Shown here: positions 55,205-64,000 of the stretch, in pieces
How positions within the stretch are numbered: the stretch's first letter is position 1
How the letters are laid out: each line of letters opens with the position of its first letter
NCBI GenBank assembly: GCA_052033755.1
Contig: JBPOJH010000015.1
Span: 10,564-74,563 of the forward strand
Direction of reading: 5' to 3'
Length of the DNA: 64,000 nt
Origin: Bdellovibrionota bacterium
GTDB lineage: Bacteria; Bdellovibrionota; Bdellovibrionia; Bdellovibrionales; Bdellovibrionaceae
Notes under the pieces: model-generated
The model's database searches: none
The model's input: only the letters and a program-made list of their open reading frames with translations
What the model was told of the DNA's origin: nothing
Translations under genes and position numbers: made by a program

Positions 55205-57094
55205 TTAAAGATTTTGTATGAACTCTTCCAGAAAATGGGTCTGTGTTTCTTTGGAAATTAAAAACGGATTCATCAAAACAATGCGTAGGACTTCTAAATG
55301 TTCCGCATCCAGTTCGATATTAAAGGCCACATTACCATTTGATTTTACGGCCACAGGATCGGATGGGACCGATAGAGTTGGTTGTGGGTTTAGGTTTTCA
55401 TCTTGATCTAGGTTTAGCTTTTGAAAGTTATTTAGGATTAGATTTTTTTGAGCCTTTAGATCCAGTGATGTCTTCGAAACAGAAAAATCTTTTCCTTTTT
55501 TTATTTCAAAGTATTTCTCTAAAGTGATTTCATTTATTTTTTTTAAACTATGGTTGTTTCTATTTGCAGCAACAGCGTTTGAGCATCGGCTTTTAGCACC
55601 AACATAAAATAAGGCGATGATATTAGAGTCACTCGGTTCTAATACTTTCCAATCGGGTTTGTGTTTTTTTATTAAATCTGAAAGTATATTTTTGGCTATT
55701 AAGTGTTTTTCAATAAAACGTCCCATGCCTTGACTGTGGAAGCCAACACTTTTTGCAGTTAACCAAACAGCGCAAGCACCATTGCCGCTGCGAGAGCCTT
55801 CTAAGGTGTAGGCCCAGGGGCTATCATCTTTGACTTGTATATAGGGCGCGGCAAAGGAACTGATACGATAACAGTCTGCATTTTTAGTCAGAAAAGCGCC
55901 GCAAGAGTAAGGTACGTAACCTAACTTATGAGGATCAATAGTGATGCTATTGGCTCTATGAAAGGATTTTAAAGCATTCAGTGTGCGTGGACTCATTTGT
56001 TGCTCGATCGATTGATCACCTAGTGCTGAGGCAAAAAAGCCTCCCCAAGCGGCATCGATATGATGCCAAATATGAAGTCCTTGTTTGGATTCTAATTCAT
56101 CTAAATAATCTTGTACCTGATCGACGGGATCAAATTGTCCTAGCTCTGTGGTGCCAGCGACGCTAACGACAGCCAAGATTGGTCGGTTTTCTTGAATGGC
56201 TTTTTCGACTAGATTTTTTAATGAATCTAAAGACAACACACCATTTTCATCCAAGCCAATGGACCACAAGGAGGTCTCGCCAAGTCCCATCAACGAAGTG
56301 GCCTTTTGCCATGAAAAATGTTTGTTCCCAGGTACTAAAACGACAGGCCCCTTAAATTGCAAACCCGTAATTTTTTGTATCAAAAGCGAAGAGTCCCATG
56401 GGCCATTTAAAACGGGGCTATATTTTTTTAATTCCTCTTCGGAACTCAGTGATTTTTGCTGAGCTATTTTTAAATAAGAGTAATATCGATCCCAGCCCAT
56501 ATGACATAATTTCCAAAAATCAGTTTTAGGACACAGTTCATTTTCAATTAAATACAAAGCAAAACTAATAAAATGATCAGTGCGATATCGAGCGCGCCAA
56601 AGTCCTTCTATGTTGGCAACTGTGCCACCAGATGTGAAGTGCCCTTTGGCTATGGTCGGCTGATAGCCAATCATAGTGGCCAATTCCGCAATGGCTTCAA
56701 CTTCGATGCGATTGGCGACCTTTGCGACTTCTTTGGAGGTGATATTGGGGTTGTGAAACAACATGGTTACGTGTCCCAATAACGCCGGCAAACTAATATC
56801 GCTGATCATGTGCCCGATATATCTGGGAGTAAAAGTCGGAGTTTCTTGTTCCAGTTCTTGATGTAGTTTTTTGACAAGTTCAGATAATTTTTTTTGATTC
56901 TGAATAAAGTTAGAATTCAGTTGATCTTGCTCTGTGATGGCTTTGCCATCTTCAGGAAACATGGATTTACGCCAGTGTATCCAGTGTTGAACTGTTTGTT
57001 GCCACTGCTCTAAAAACCAATCGGCATTTTCAGATTGGGGTCCCAGAAAATAACTTTTAATTCCAATGTCTTCAGAGCGGCATTCTTTTGTCAT
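55205..57094 (-). CDS. group II pyridoxal-phosphate-dependent amino-acid decarboxylase, long form
   Basis: PLP-lysine context SITIDPHKLGYVPYSCGAF, HIDAAWGG, and a GTVANIEGLW region. It is 629 aa with an extra C-terminal ~130 aa. Confidence 0.8.
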   Translation of the reverse strand: MTKECRSEDIGIKSYFLGPQSENADWFLEQWQQTVQHWIHWRKSMFPEDGKAITEQDQLNSNFIQNQKKLSELVKKLHQELEQETPTFTPRYIGHMISDISLPALLGHVTMLFHNPNITSKEVAKVANRIEVEAIAELATMIGYQPTIAKGHFTSGGTVANIEGLWRARYRTDHFISFALYLIENELCPKTDFWKLCHMGWDRYYSYLKIAQQKSLSSEEELKKYSPVLNGPWDSSLLIQKITGLQFKGPVVLVPGNKHFSWQKATSLMGLGETSLWSIGLDENGVLSLDSLKNLVEKAIQENRPILAVVSVAGTTELGQFDPVDQVQDYLDELESKQGLHIWHHIDAAWGGFFASALGDQSIEQQMSPRTLNALKSFHRANSITIDPHKLGYVPYSCGAFLTKNADCYRISSFAAPYIQVKDDSPWAYTLEGSRSGNGACAVWLTAKSVGFHSQGMGRFIEKHLIAKNILSDLIKKHKPDWKVLEPSDSNIIALFYVGAKSRCSNAVAANRNNHSLKKINEITLEKYFEIKKGKDFSVSKTSLDLKAQKNLILNNFQKLNLDQDENLNPQPTLSVPSDPVAVKSNGNVAFNIELDAEHLEVLRIVLMNPFLISKETQTHFLEEFIQNL

Positions 57095-57128
57095 ATTGTT
57101 TTACTTGTTTCAGTTTGTATTAGCAGCC

Positions 57129-57437
57129 TTATTTGGCTGGGTGATATTTCAGACCGACCTTAATGACTTCTGTATCGATGGCTTTGATCCAAACAATTTC
57201 TGACAACATGGGATCTAATGGGCCAACTTTGACTTTGATAAAAGTATTTTCCTCTAACGTATGACCATTTAAAGATACAGTCGATAAAATCAATGCACAG
57301 CCTGTGAAGGACTCATTGATAATTAAAGCGGCGACTTGTGCTTGAAATTCAGAATGTCCATCGGCGGGTTGCACTTCGACCCAAGCAATGTCTTTGGGCT
57401 CGGCAGGAAAGCGTATACTTCTTCTTATGTTGTTCAT
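57129..57437 (-). CDS. single-domain PilZ protein (putative c-di-GMP receptor)
   Basis: 102 aa with the RxxxR motif (RRSIR, residues 5-9) and the (D/N)xSxxG motif (NESFTG). It lies 34 nt upstream of the decarboxylase gene on the same strand. Confidence 0.65.
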   Translation of the reverse strand: MNNIRRSIRFPAEPKDIAWVEVQPADGHSEFQAQVAALIINESFTGCALILSTVSLNGHTLEENTFIKVKVGPLDPMLSEIVWIKAIDTEVIKVGLKYHPAK

Positions 57438-57562
57438 ACTGTATCCTTATTCTGACCTTTAATTTTTAACGAAAACTTTTCTTCAGTTTCGGTTCAATTT
57501 TTTATAAACTTCTTAATTAAGTCTTTTTAAATTTTCATCAGTTTTTGCATGCAAAGCAAAAG

Positions 57563-58480
57563 TTATTTTATAAATTCGTGGGCCTTTTTTCCAAGTTCCA
57601 TCAAAACGGAGCTAATTTTTTCATATTCCTTTTCATCAGAGTCAACCAGGTCAGTGATATTATAAATTTCTTTTAAGGCTTTTTGTCCTTCTGGAGTTTT
57701 AACAATATCTTTTAGGCCTTGTACGACTTTGTCTTCTAATTCTTTTGGAAAATCCTTTCGAAAAACTACGGGGTCATTAGGGATGGGACCTGTTTTTTCT
57801 AGGATGACAACTTTTTCATAGACGTCGGGATACTCTTTGGCGATCAGGCGTCTGGCATCTCTGGGTTCGCCATTGGTGTCTGCGGGAGTAAAAAAAGTAG
57901 CGCCGGCATCAACTTGACCTTGGTAGACCATGCGAACGACGCTGTCGTGCTTGCCGGCAAAAATCGTTTCCGAGGGGTGAATGTTATTTTCTTTAAAGAA
58001 TTTAGCCGGCATTAAATAACCAGAAGTGGAAGTCGCCTCTACGAAAGCAAATTTTTTCCCATTAATTTCATTAATAGTTTTCAAGTGATTTTTGCGAGTA
58101 ATGATTTGTCCCCAGTATTCATGTGTCCCGTTAAAAGTTCCAGTCAAGCGAGCATGGGCTTGGTATTTTTCCTTGGCTAAAATATAACCAAAAGTGTTAA
58201 TCATAGCTGAATCCACATGTTTGCCACCTAGAGCTTCCACAATAGCGATATAACTATGAGGCACTTTAATTTCTATAAATAATCCAGTTTTTTTTCTTAA
58301 AAGATCAGCAATAATTTTTCCATTTTCCTCTAGGACCATGGCATCTTGTCCTGGGACCAACATCATTTGTATGGGTCGTTGTGGGCTACCTAAAAAAACG
58401 TCTTTATCTGAAGAGCTAAACCATGAGCAGCCACTTAAAAGTAAACAAAGAAAAAGAATATGATGCGTTCGAAGTAACAT
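57563..58480 (-). CDS. PhnD-like phosphonate/phosphite-type periplasmic binding lipoprotein (orphan)
   Basis: Lipobox LLLSGCSW and a PhnD-family pattern (...ATSTSGYLMPAKFF...GATF). No ABC permease or ATPase genes are adjacent. Confidence 0.65.
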   Translation of the reverse strand: MLLRTHHILFLCLLLSGCSWFSSSDKDVFLGSPQRPIQMMLVPGQDAMVLEENGKIIADLLRKKTGLFIEIKVPHSYIAIVEALGGKHVDSAMINTFGYILAKEKYQAHARLTGTFNGTHEYWGQIITRKNHLKTINEINGKKFAFVEATSTSGYLMPAKFFKENNIHPSETIFAGKHDSVVRMVYQGQVDAGATFFTPADTNGEPRDARRLIAKEYPDVYEKVVILEKTGPIPNDPVVFRKDFPKELEDKVVQGLKDIVKTPEGQKALKEIYNITDLVDSDEKEYEKISSVLMELGKKAHEFIK

Positions 58481-58577
58481 GAAGAACCGCCTCTAGGCTA
58501 GAGCCTGGGATAATTATTACCTGAAAATGGTAGGAATTGATTCCTCTTTGCCTTAAAATCAGTGGTTAAGCAAGGTT

Positions 58578-58709
58578 ATACCAATTCCACTAAATAATTC
58601 TCCTGCGTTGCTGTTAGTTTGCCGCCGCTAATAAGGGCGCCGTGCTTTCGCCGTATTACAATACGGCTTCAAGCTTGCGCCTTGGGTAATTAATTATTGG
58701 AATTGGTAT
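58578..58709. mobile_element. 132-bp MITE-like element (terminal inverted repeats, GC-rich structured core)
   Basis: TIRs ATACCAATTCCACTAAATAATT (58578-58599) and AATTAATTATTGGAATTGGTAT (58688-58709), with the outer 12 nt perfectly complementary. An internal perfect hairpin GCCGTATT-AC-AATACGGC lies at 58650-58667. TTA occurs on both flanks if the ends are taken as TACC...GGTA. A second copy lies at 44291. Confidence 0.45.
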
Positions 58710-58793
58710 TAAGCCAATGTTGCGGTCGTTTTTCTTGTTTTCAATTGGAAATGCTTATATATAATTCCTTTATTTTAAACAGAAAGAGTACCT

Positions 58794-60410
58794 ATGTTGT
58801 ACACAGGGCCAGAGGCCAAAGAAATTCTACGTCGACGTACCTTTGCAATTATCTCGCATCCAGATGCGGGTAAGACGACATTAACTGAAAAGTTACTTTA
58901 TCATGGTGGTGTGATTCATGAGGCGGGTGAAGTCAAAGGCAAAGCGGGCACCAAGGCTGCGACCAGTGATTGGATGGAGTTGGAAAAACAAAAAGGGATT
59001 TCAATCACATCCAGTGTGATGACGTTTGATTATGACAGTTTACGAGTGAATTTGTTAGATACGCCGGGACATAAGGATTTCTCGGAAGATACTTATCGAG
59101 TACTGATGGCTGTTGACTCCGCCTGTATGTTGATTGACGTGGCCAAGGGGGTCGAGGAGCGTACCAAAAAATTATATGATGTTTGTCGTTACCGACAAGT
59201 GCCGATCTTTACGTTTATCAACAAATTAGACCGTGAAGGGAAGGCGCCATTAGATTTGATCGATGAAGTGGAATCAACCTTAAAAATGAATTGTTATCCA
59301 GTGACTTGGCCGATTGGTATTGGTTCGCGATTCAAGGGAATTTATCATCGATTGAACAAAGAGGTGATTTTATATGACCAGCGCCGCGAGGGGGATGAGG
59401 TTCGTGTTTTTAAAGTGGAATCCATCAATGATCCGATTTGGCAAGAGGGCATTCCAGAGGATGTCGTTGCAGCCACTAAAGAAGAATTAGACTTGATCGA
59501 GGGTGTTTTACCTCCGTTTGATCGAGAGGCTTTTTTAAAGGGCGAGATCAGTCCATTGCTATTTGGTTCTGCTAAGCAAAATTTTGCCGTGGATGTTTTT
59601 TTGCATTTCTTTTGTCAAAATGCTCCGTCACCGCAGGCGCGTTGGACCAAACCTACGGCGAAGTTGCCAGCGACGGAGGTGAATGTACTGGATTCGAACT
59701 TCACGGGTTTTGTATTTAAAATTCAAGCAAATATGGATCGTCGTCATCGGGATCGAGTCGCTTTTATTCGCATTTGTAGTGGTAAATTTGAGCGTGGAAT
59801 GAAAGTCAAACATTCAAGGCACGACAAAGAAATTCGTCTAGCGTACTCTAGTCAATTTGTCGCTGCAGAAAAGGCCACAGTCGACATAGCGTATGCGGGT
59901 GATATCGTCGGTGTGAACGATACAGGTAATTTTGCTATTGGAGATAGCGTATTTACCGAGGGTCGAGTGCAGTTCGAGGACATTCCCAAATTTGCTCCTG
60001 AGTTATTTGCAAAGATGTCAGTGCCTGATGCAATGAAGCGCAAAAAAATGCAAGAAGCACTAATGCATTTATCGGAAGAGGGAGCCATACAATTGTTTAT
60101 TGATCCAATCATTGGAGCGCAGGATCCTATCATTGGAGTTGTGGGTGAGTTGCAATTTGAAGTTTTAGTGCATCGTATGGAAGACGAGTACGGTTTGCAG
60201 GTGCGCTTGAATCGATTACCATTTTCAGTTGCAAGATGGCCTGTGGATCAAGATGGAAAACCTGTTGAGCAGTTAAAGGGCAACTTCCAAATTTATCGCG
60301 ACTTGATTGAACAGCCAGTGCTTTTGTTAAATCAAGAGTGGGATTTGAATTGGGCGAAAAAGGAAAACCCAACTGTTGATTTTAAGACTTCGATTTCGCG
60401 AGCACGCTAA
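58794..60410 (+). CDS. prfC: peptide chain release factor 3
   Basis: N-terminus RRRTFAIISHPDAGKTTLTEKLL, then DTPGHKDF, NKLD, and an RF3-length C-terminus. Confidence 0.95.
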   Translation: MLYTGPEAKEILRRRTFAIISHPDAGKTTLTEKLLYHGGVIHEAGEVKGKAGTKAATSDWMELEKQKGISITSSVMTFDYDSLRVNLLDTPGHKDFSEDTYRVLMAVDSACMLIDVAKGVEERTKKLYDVCRYRQVPIFTFINKLDREGKAPLDLIDEVESTLKMNCYPVTWPIGIGSRFKGIYHRLNKEVILYDQRREGDEVRVFKVESINDPIWQEGIPEDVVAATKEELDLIEGVLPPFDREAFLKGEISPLLFGSAKQNFAVDVFLHFFCQNAPSPQARWTKPTAKLPATEVNVLDSNFTGFVFKIQANMDRRHRDRVAFIRICSGKFERGMKVKHSRHDKEIRLAYSSQFVAAEKATVDIAYAGDIVGVNDTGNFAIGDSVFTEGRVQFEDIPKFAPELFAKMSVPDAMKRKKMQEALMHLSEEGAIQLFIDPIIGAQDPIIGVVGELQFEVLVHRMEDEYGLQVRLNRLPFSVARWPVDQDGKPVEQLKGNFQIYRDLIEQPVLLLNQEWDLNWAKKENPTVDFKTSISRAR

Positions 60411-60496
60411 GTGGGATGATTGCGCCATAGGTTAATGAAAAATATTGAATAAAAATAGGGAAGTTTCCATTTGTCAGAAATAAAAAAGGTAAGATT

Positions 60497-61834
60497 ATGT
60501 TTGAAAATTTATCCGATCGAATTTTAGGAAGTATCAAAAAATTAAAAGGCCACAACCAGATTTCTGAAAGTAATATTGAAGATACATTGAAAGAGATTCG
60601 CATGAGCTTGTTAGAAGCGGATGTGAACTTCAAAGTCGTCAAATCCTTTATTGATCGTGTAAAAGCTAAGGCTTTAGGTGCCGAAGTCATTCATGGTGTA
60701 AATCCAGGACAGCAATTTGTAAAAGTAGTTCATGATGAATTGATTCAAACTTTGGGTGGTCAAAAAGTTGAGTTAGATCTTAAAAAAAACCCGAGTGTGA
60801 TTTTTATGGTGGGTTTGCAGGGGGCTGGTAAGACAACCAGCTCTGCCAAATTAGCTTTATACTTAAGAAAAACCTTCAACAAAAAAGTGGGATTAATCCC
60901 AGCTGATATTTATCGTCCTGCGGCGATCGATCAATTAATGACTTTAGGAAAGCAAAATAACTTTCCAGTTTTTCCAACTGTCGTTGGGCAAGCTCCGGAT
61001 GATATTTTACAGAAGGCCAAGTTATGGGTACAGGAAAATAATTTAGATGTTGCCATTGTCGATACGGCGGGACGATTGCAAATTGATACGACCTTGATGG
61101 ATGAGTTGCGTCGGCTTAAAGAAATTTGGACACCGCAAGAAATATTATTGGTGGCGGATGCTATGTTGGGTCAGCAGTCTGTGAATGTGGCCGAGGGCTT
61201 TCATAAAGAGCTCACGTTGACGGGATTGATTCTAACTAAAATTGATGGGGACGCCCGTGGTGGTGCGGCCTTAAGTATTCGAGAAGTGACGGGTGTACCG
61301 ATCAAGTTTTTAGGTACCAGCGAGAAGGTATCCGGATTGGAAGTTTTCCATCCTGATCGTTTAGCTGGACGGATTTTAGATATGGGTGATGTCTTAAGTC
61401 TGGTTGAAAAGGCACAAGAAATTATCGATGAAAAATCCGCGAAAGAATCCGCCCAAAAGTTAATGAAGAATCAGTTCACCATGGATGATTTTTTAAGTCA
61501 GATTCAAATGTTGAAAAAGATGGGTGGCATGGAGGGAATCATGAAATTTTTACCTGGATTTGGCGAAATTCAAAAACAGTTAAAAGAAATGACTCCACCA
61601 GATCAAGAGATCAAAAAAATTGAAGCCATCATCCGTTCGATGACTTTGCAGGAGCGCAATAACTACAAGATCTTAAATGGCAGCCGTCGCGAAAGAATTG
61701 CAAAGGGTAGTGGCACAACCGTTCAAGACATTAATAAGTTCATTAAACAGTTTGAACAGGCTCAAAAAATGATGTCAGGTTTAATGAAAATGGGAATGGG
61801 TGGGAAAAAAGGCGGCTTTAAGATGCCGTTTTAA
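60497..61834 (+). CDS. ffh: signal recognition particle protein Ffh
   Basis: N-domain, G-domain GLQGAGKTT / DTAGR / TKIDGD, and a Met-rich M-domain. Confidence 0.95.
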   Translation: MFENLSDRILGSIKKLKGHNQISESNIEDTLKEIRMSLLEADVNFKVVKSFIDRVKAKALGAEVIHGVNPGQQFVKVVHDELIQTLGGQKVELDLKKNPSVIFMVGLQGAGKTTSSAKLALYLRKTFNKKVGLIPADIYRPAAIDQLMTLGKQNNFPVFPTVVGQAPDDILQKAKLWVQENNLDVAIVDTAGRLQIDTTLMDELRRLKEIWTPQEILLVADAMLGQQSVNVAEGFHKELTLTGLILTKIDGDARGGAALSIREVTGVPIKFLGTSEKVSGLEVFHPDRLAGRILDMGDVLSLVEKAQEIIDEKSAKESAQKLMKNQFTMDDFLSQIQMLKKMGGMEGIMKFLPGFGEIQKQLKEMTPPDQEIKKIEAIIRSMTLQERNNYKILNGSRRERIAKGSGTTVQDINKFIKQFEQAQKMMSGLMKMGMGGKKGGFKMPF

Positions 61835-62001
61835 ATCAAGAATTGCTGTAGCTTTGGATTTCCATGAGTTTTTTATTGCAATTGTCTCAATTCCTGGCTA
61901 GAAGCAGATACTTATTAGTAATAATAACAACTAAAACGTTTAAAACGTGTTAACCAAAAGAACATGCAACAAAATTGTATGTAACAAAATAAGGAAAAGA
62001 C

Positions 62002-62253
62002 ATGGCAGTTGTAATTCGTCTTGCTAGAACTGGAACAAAACACAAACCTAAATACCGTATCATGGTGGCTGATTCTCGCCGTTATGTTACTGGAAAATAT
62101 CTTGAAATTTTAGGTACTTACATTCCAACTCCAGGAGCTAATGAAAAGTCTGTAAGAATGGACTTACAAAAAGCTCAAGAGTGGATCAAAAAAGGTGCTC
62201 AACCTACTGATCGCGTTCGTCACATTCTTAAACTAGCAGCTAAAGAAGCTTAG
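62002..62253 (+). CDS. rpsP: 30S ribosomal protein S16
   Basis: MAVVIRLARTGTKHKPKYRIMVADSR is the typical S16 N-terminus. Confidence 0.95.
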   Translation: MAVVIRLARTGTKHKPKYRIMVADSRRYVTGKYLEILGTYIPTPGANEKSVRMDLQKAQEWIKKGAQPTDRVRHILKLAAKEA

Positions 62254-62334
62254 TTTCATCATTACCTATTTGTAATAGAACGGGTGTGGCTAAGAAAATT
62301 TAGATCGATTTGCGAATAGCGGATCAAAAAATAA

Positions 62335-62383
62335 GGCTAACTTCTAATTATTTATTAAGTAGAGGTTGGTCTTGTTGTTTTTT
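62335..62383 (+). terminator. probable Rho-independent terminator after rpsP
   Basis: GGCTAACTTCTA / TAGAGGTTGGTC stem (with G-U pairs) followed by TCTTGTTGTTTTTT. Confidence 0.5.
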
Positions 62384-62761
62384 AAGTGATTGTGAAAGCA
62401 AAATTGTCAATTCACTTTGTTCTGTTGCTAGGATATCATTGAATTTAGATTTATTCGTGGTTTTTATTGATCTAGGGCCATCCTAAACGGAAAGATATTG
62501 TGCTTGTTGATGTCGTAATTAGTGATGTACTGATAGTGTTTTGATTGGCAAATATTTTTCTAGAATAAAAGTTCTAAATTTATATAAAAATGCTTTTAAA
62601 ATTAACCATTATAAGCTAACAAGAATTTAAAAAGTGAATGAAAAAATTACCGAAAAAATTAACTGAGTCTTAGCTTGGCAATTATTAAAAACTAAGTAAG
62701 ATCAAGTTTAGAGCGTATGTTGATATGCTGGGCAGAAAAGCTTAAAACTGTGGAGGTTGAA

Positions 62762-63007
62762 ATGAATTTCTCAAGCCTAAAGGATTTAGTAGAGTTTATG
62801 GCAAAGTCATTAGTGGATGAGCCTGAACACGTTGTTGTGAAGGAAGTTGTTGGAGAGCAAACAACTGTTGTAGAGTTGAAAGTGGCTAAGTCAGATTTAG
62901 GAAAAGTAATCGGTAAGGATGGCAGAACTGCGCATTCCATGCGAACTATCTTAAGAGCGGCCTCTACGAAGCTTAGTAAAAGAAGTGTTCTAGAAATTGT
63001 AGAATAA
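62762..63007 (+). CDS. KH-domain RNA-binding protein (YlqC/UPF0109 family)
   Basis: ATG at 62762 behind GGAGG. The [18 protein letters not shown] motif (GxxG KH loop) and the position before rimM fit the family. Confidence 0.85.
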   Translation: MNFSSLKDLVEFMAKSLVDEPEHVVVKEVVGEQTTVVELKVAKSDLGKVIGKDGRTAHSMRTILRAASTKLSKRSVLEIVE

Positions 63008-63092
63008 GCTGGAGTCTTGCAATCAGATCACCTTCGTAAGGAGGTTCTGACGACAACAGTTTAGTGACATTATAGTCCTAATTGAAAAATTG

Positions 63093-63140
63093 AAAGCAAA
63101 GGTTTTCTATTTAAAGAAGATCTTTGCTTTTTTGTTTTTT
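63093..63140 (+). terminator. Rho-independent terminator after the KH gene
   Basis: AAAGCAAAG ... CTTTGCTTT stem followed by TTTGTTTTTT. Confidence 0.6.
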
Positions 63141-63272
63141 AGACCTTACTAATCACGTTCAACACTTTAATATTAACACGGCTAAAAGTAAGAACGATGA
63201 CATACTCTCGGTCGTGTTAATTAGTACGAATGGAAAAGCAAATTGGATGAATATTCAAAGGATAAGAATTGA

Positions 63273-63794
63273 ATGGATAAGAATTGGAAAGTGGTAGGTA
63301 AAATCAAAGAAGCTCACGGCATTCAAGGGGATTGGTATGTTCTGATTTTTTCCAAAGATGTGCAGTGGATTGATGATGTGAAAAAATTTGTGACCGAATC
63401 TCCATCTGGAGAGCGCCAAGAGTGGGAGATTCAAAAGATACGTCCTAATAAAGATGGAGTTGTTCTAAAGGGCAAGGGTATTGTCGACCGTACTCAAGCT
63501 GAAAAATACAAGGGCTATAAATTTTTGTTGGCGGCCGATGTTTTTATTTCCGAACCTGGCGAAGACATTTACTTAGCTGAGTTATTGGATTTTGAAGTTT
63601 TTGATCGACAGGTTAGTATTGGTAAAGTGAAAAGTTTTTCGACAAATGTGGCTCAGGATTTGTTGGTTGTTCAAGACGATCAAGGTGGTTTCGAGGTTCC
63701 TTTGGTAGAGGATTTTATTGTAGAAATCGATTTTGAAAATAAAAAGATTTTTTTGGAACTTCCTGAAGGGTTAATTGAAATAAATAGGACATAA
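63273..63794 (+). CDS. rimM: 16S rRNA processing protein RimM
   Basis: 173 aa. N-terminus VGKIKEAHGIQGDW, a PRC-barrel-like C-terminus, and conserved synteny before trmD. Confidence 0.85.
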   Translation: MDKNWKVVGKIKEAHGIQGDWYVLIFSKDVQWIDDVKKFVTESPSGERQEWEIQKIRPNKDGVVLKGKGIVDRTQAEKYKGYKFLLAADVFISEPGEDIYLAELLDFEVFDRQVSIGKVKSFSTNVAQDLLVVQDDQGGFEVPLVEDFIVEIDFENKKIFLELPEGLIEINRT

Positions 63795-64000
63795 ATGAAA
63801 TTTCATGTGATCACTTTATTACCGAATATGATTGAAGCCTTTTTTGATAAGAATATAGGTGGAGTCGTTGGTGCGGCCAAAGATAAGAATCTTTTTCAAT
63901 TAAATTTAATTCCGTTAAGAGACTACTCAGAAAACAAATACAAATCTGTAGATGATCGTCCATTTGGCGGCGGTGATGGAATGGTTTTAACAGTGACTCC
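63795..64000 (+). CDS. trmD: tRNA (guanine37-N1)-methyltransferase TrmD, 5' part (runs off the window)
   Basis: The ATG directly follows the rimM stop. Translation is MKFHVITLLPNMIEAFF...SVDDRPFGGGDGMVL, matching the TrmD vDDrPyGGGxGMv motif. It is open at the window end, hence not in the ORF track. Confidence 0.85.
   Translation, partial: MKFHVITLLPNMIEAFFDKNIGGVVGAAKDKNLFQLNLIPLRDYSENKYKSVDDRPFGGGDGMVLTVT

Noticed and set aside
60382-60690. 102-aa minus-strand ORF spanning the prfC-ffh spacer and the ffh 5' end.
   Set aside because: It overlaps the conserved ffh start region in antisense, and its low-complexity hydrophobic translation is typical of AT-rich antisense frames.
1-64000. Looked for rRNA or tRNA genes, IS transposases, integrases, phage structural genes, restriction-modification, CBASS/retron/Cas-type genes, and secondary-metabolite (NRPS/PKS) genes.
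   Set aside because: No ORF in the track shows the corresponding motifs, and no cloverleaf-like or rRNA-like segment was recognised by eye. A tRNAscan or Infernal run would be needed to exclude small RNAs formally.

Overview
This is a 64-kb chromosomal segment from a low-GC diderm bacterium. The gene style (many secreted proteins and lipoproteins, tamB-bamA, PilZ, long AT-rich spacers) is reminiscent of Bdellovibrionota/Oligoflexia-type genomes, but the taxon cannot be fixed from this sequence alone. Most of the window is housekeeping: a hybrid PAS histidine kinase, rsmH, an atypical aldehyde dehydrogenase, tamB-bamA, purE, GTP-PEPCK, putA, sixA, hslO, an OmpR-type regulator, a metzincin lipoprotein, a PLP decarboxylase with an upstream PilZ gene, prfC, ffh and rpsP-KH-rimM-trmD. 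A nuoB-CD-E-F-G-I cluster encodes only the peripheral arm of complex I. I saw no rRNA, tRNA, CRISPR array, transposase, integrase, prophage or canonical defence system. The accessory or odd content is as follows. (1) An AT-rich island at about 26.35-30.5 kb holds an AAA+/PD-(D/E)xK ATPase, a DUF4160-DUF2442 pair and two decayed oxidoreductase pseudogenes. (2) A second DUF4160-DUF2442 pair lies at 8.2-8.7 kb. (3) An AT-rich block at 46-50.7 kb holds a membrane LbH acyltransferase, a TPR plus double wHTH protein and a PD40-like lipoprotein. (4) A long coiled-coil protein ends in an alpha-crystallin (Hsp20) domain. (5) A small family of GC-rich intergenic elements flanked by inverted repeats sits at 44.29, 52.31 and 58.58 kb; this is the most novel-looking signal. 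All family calls come from motif recognition by eye. No search or computation was run.
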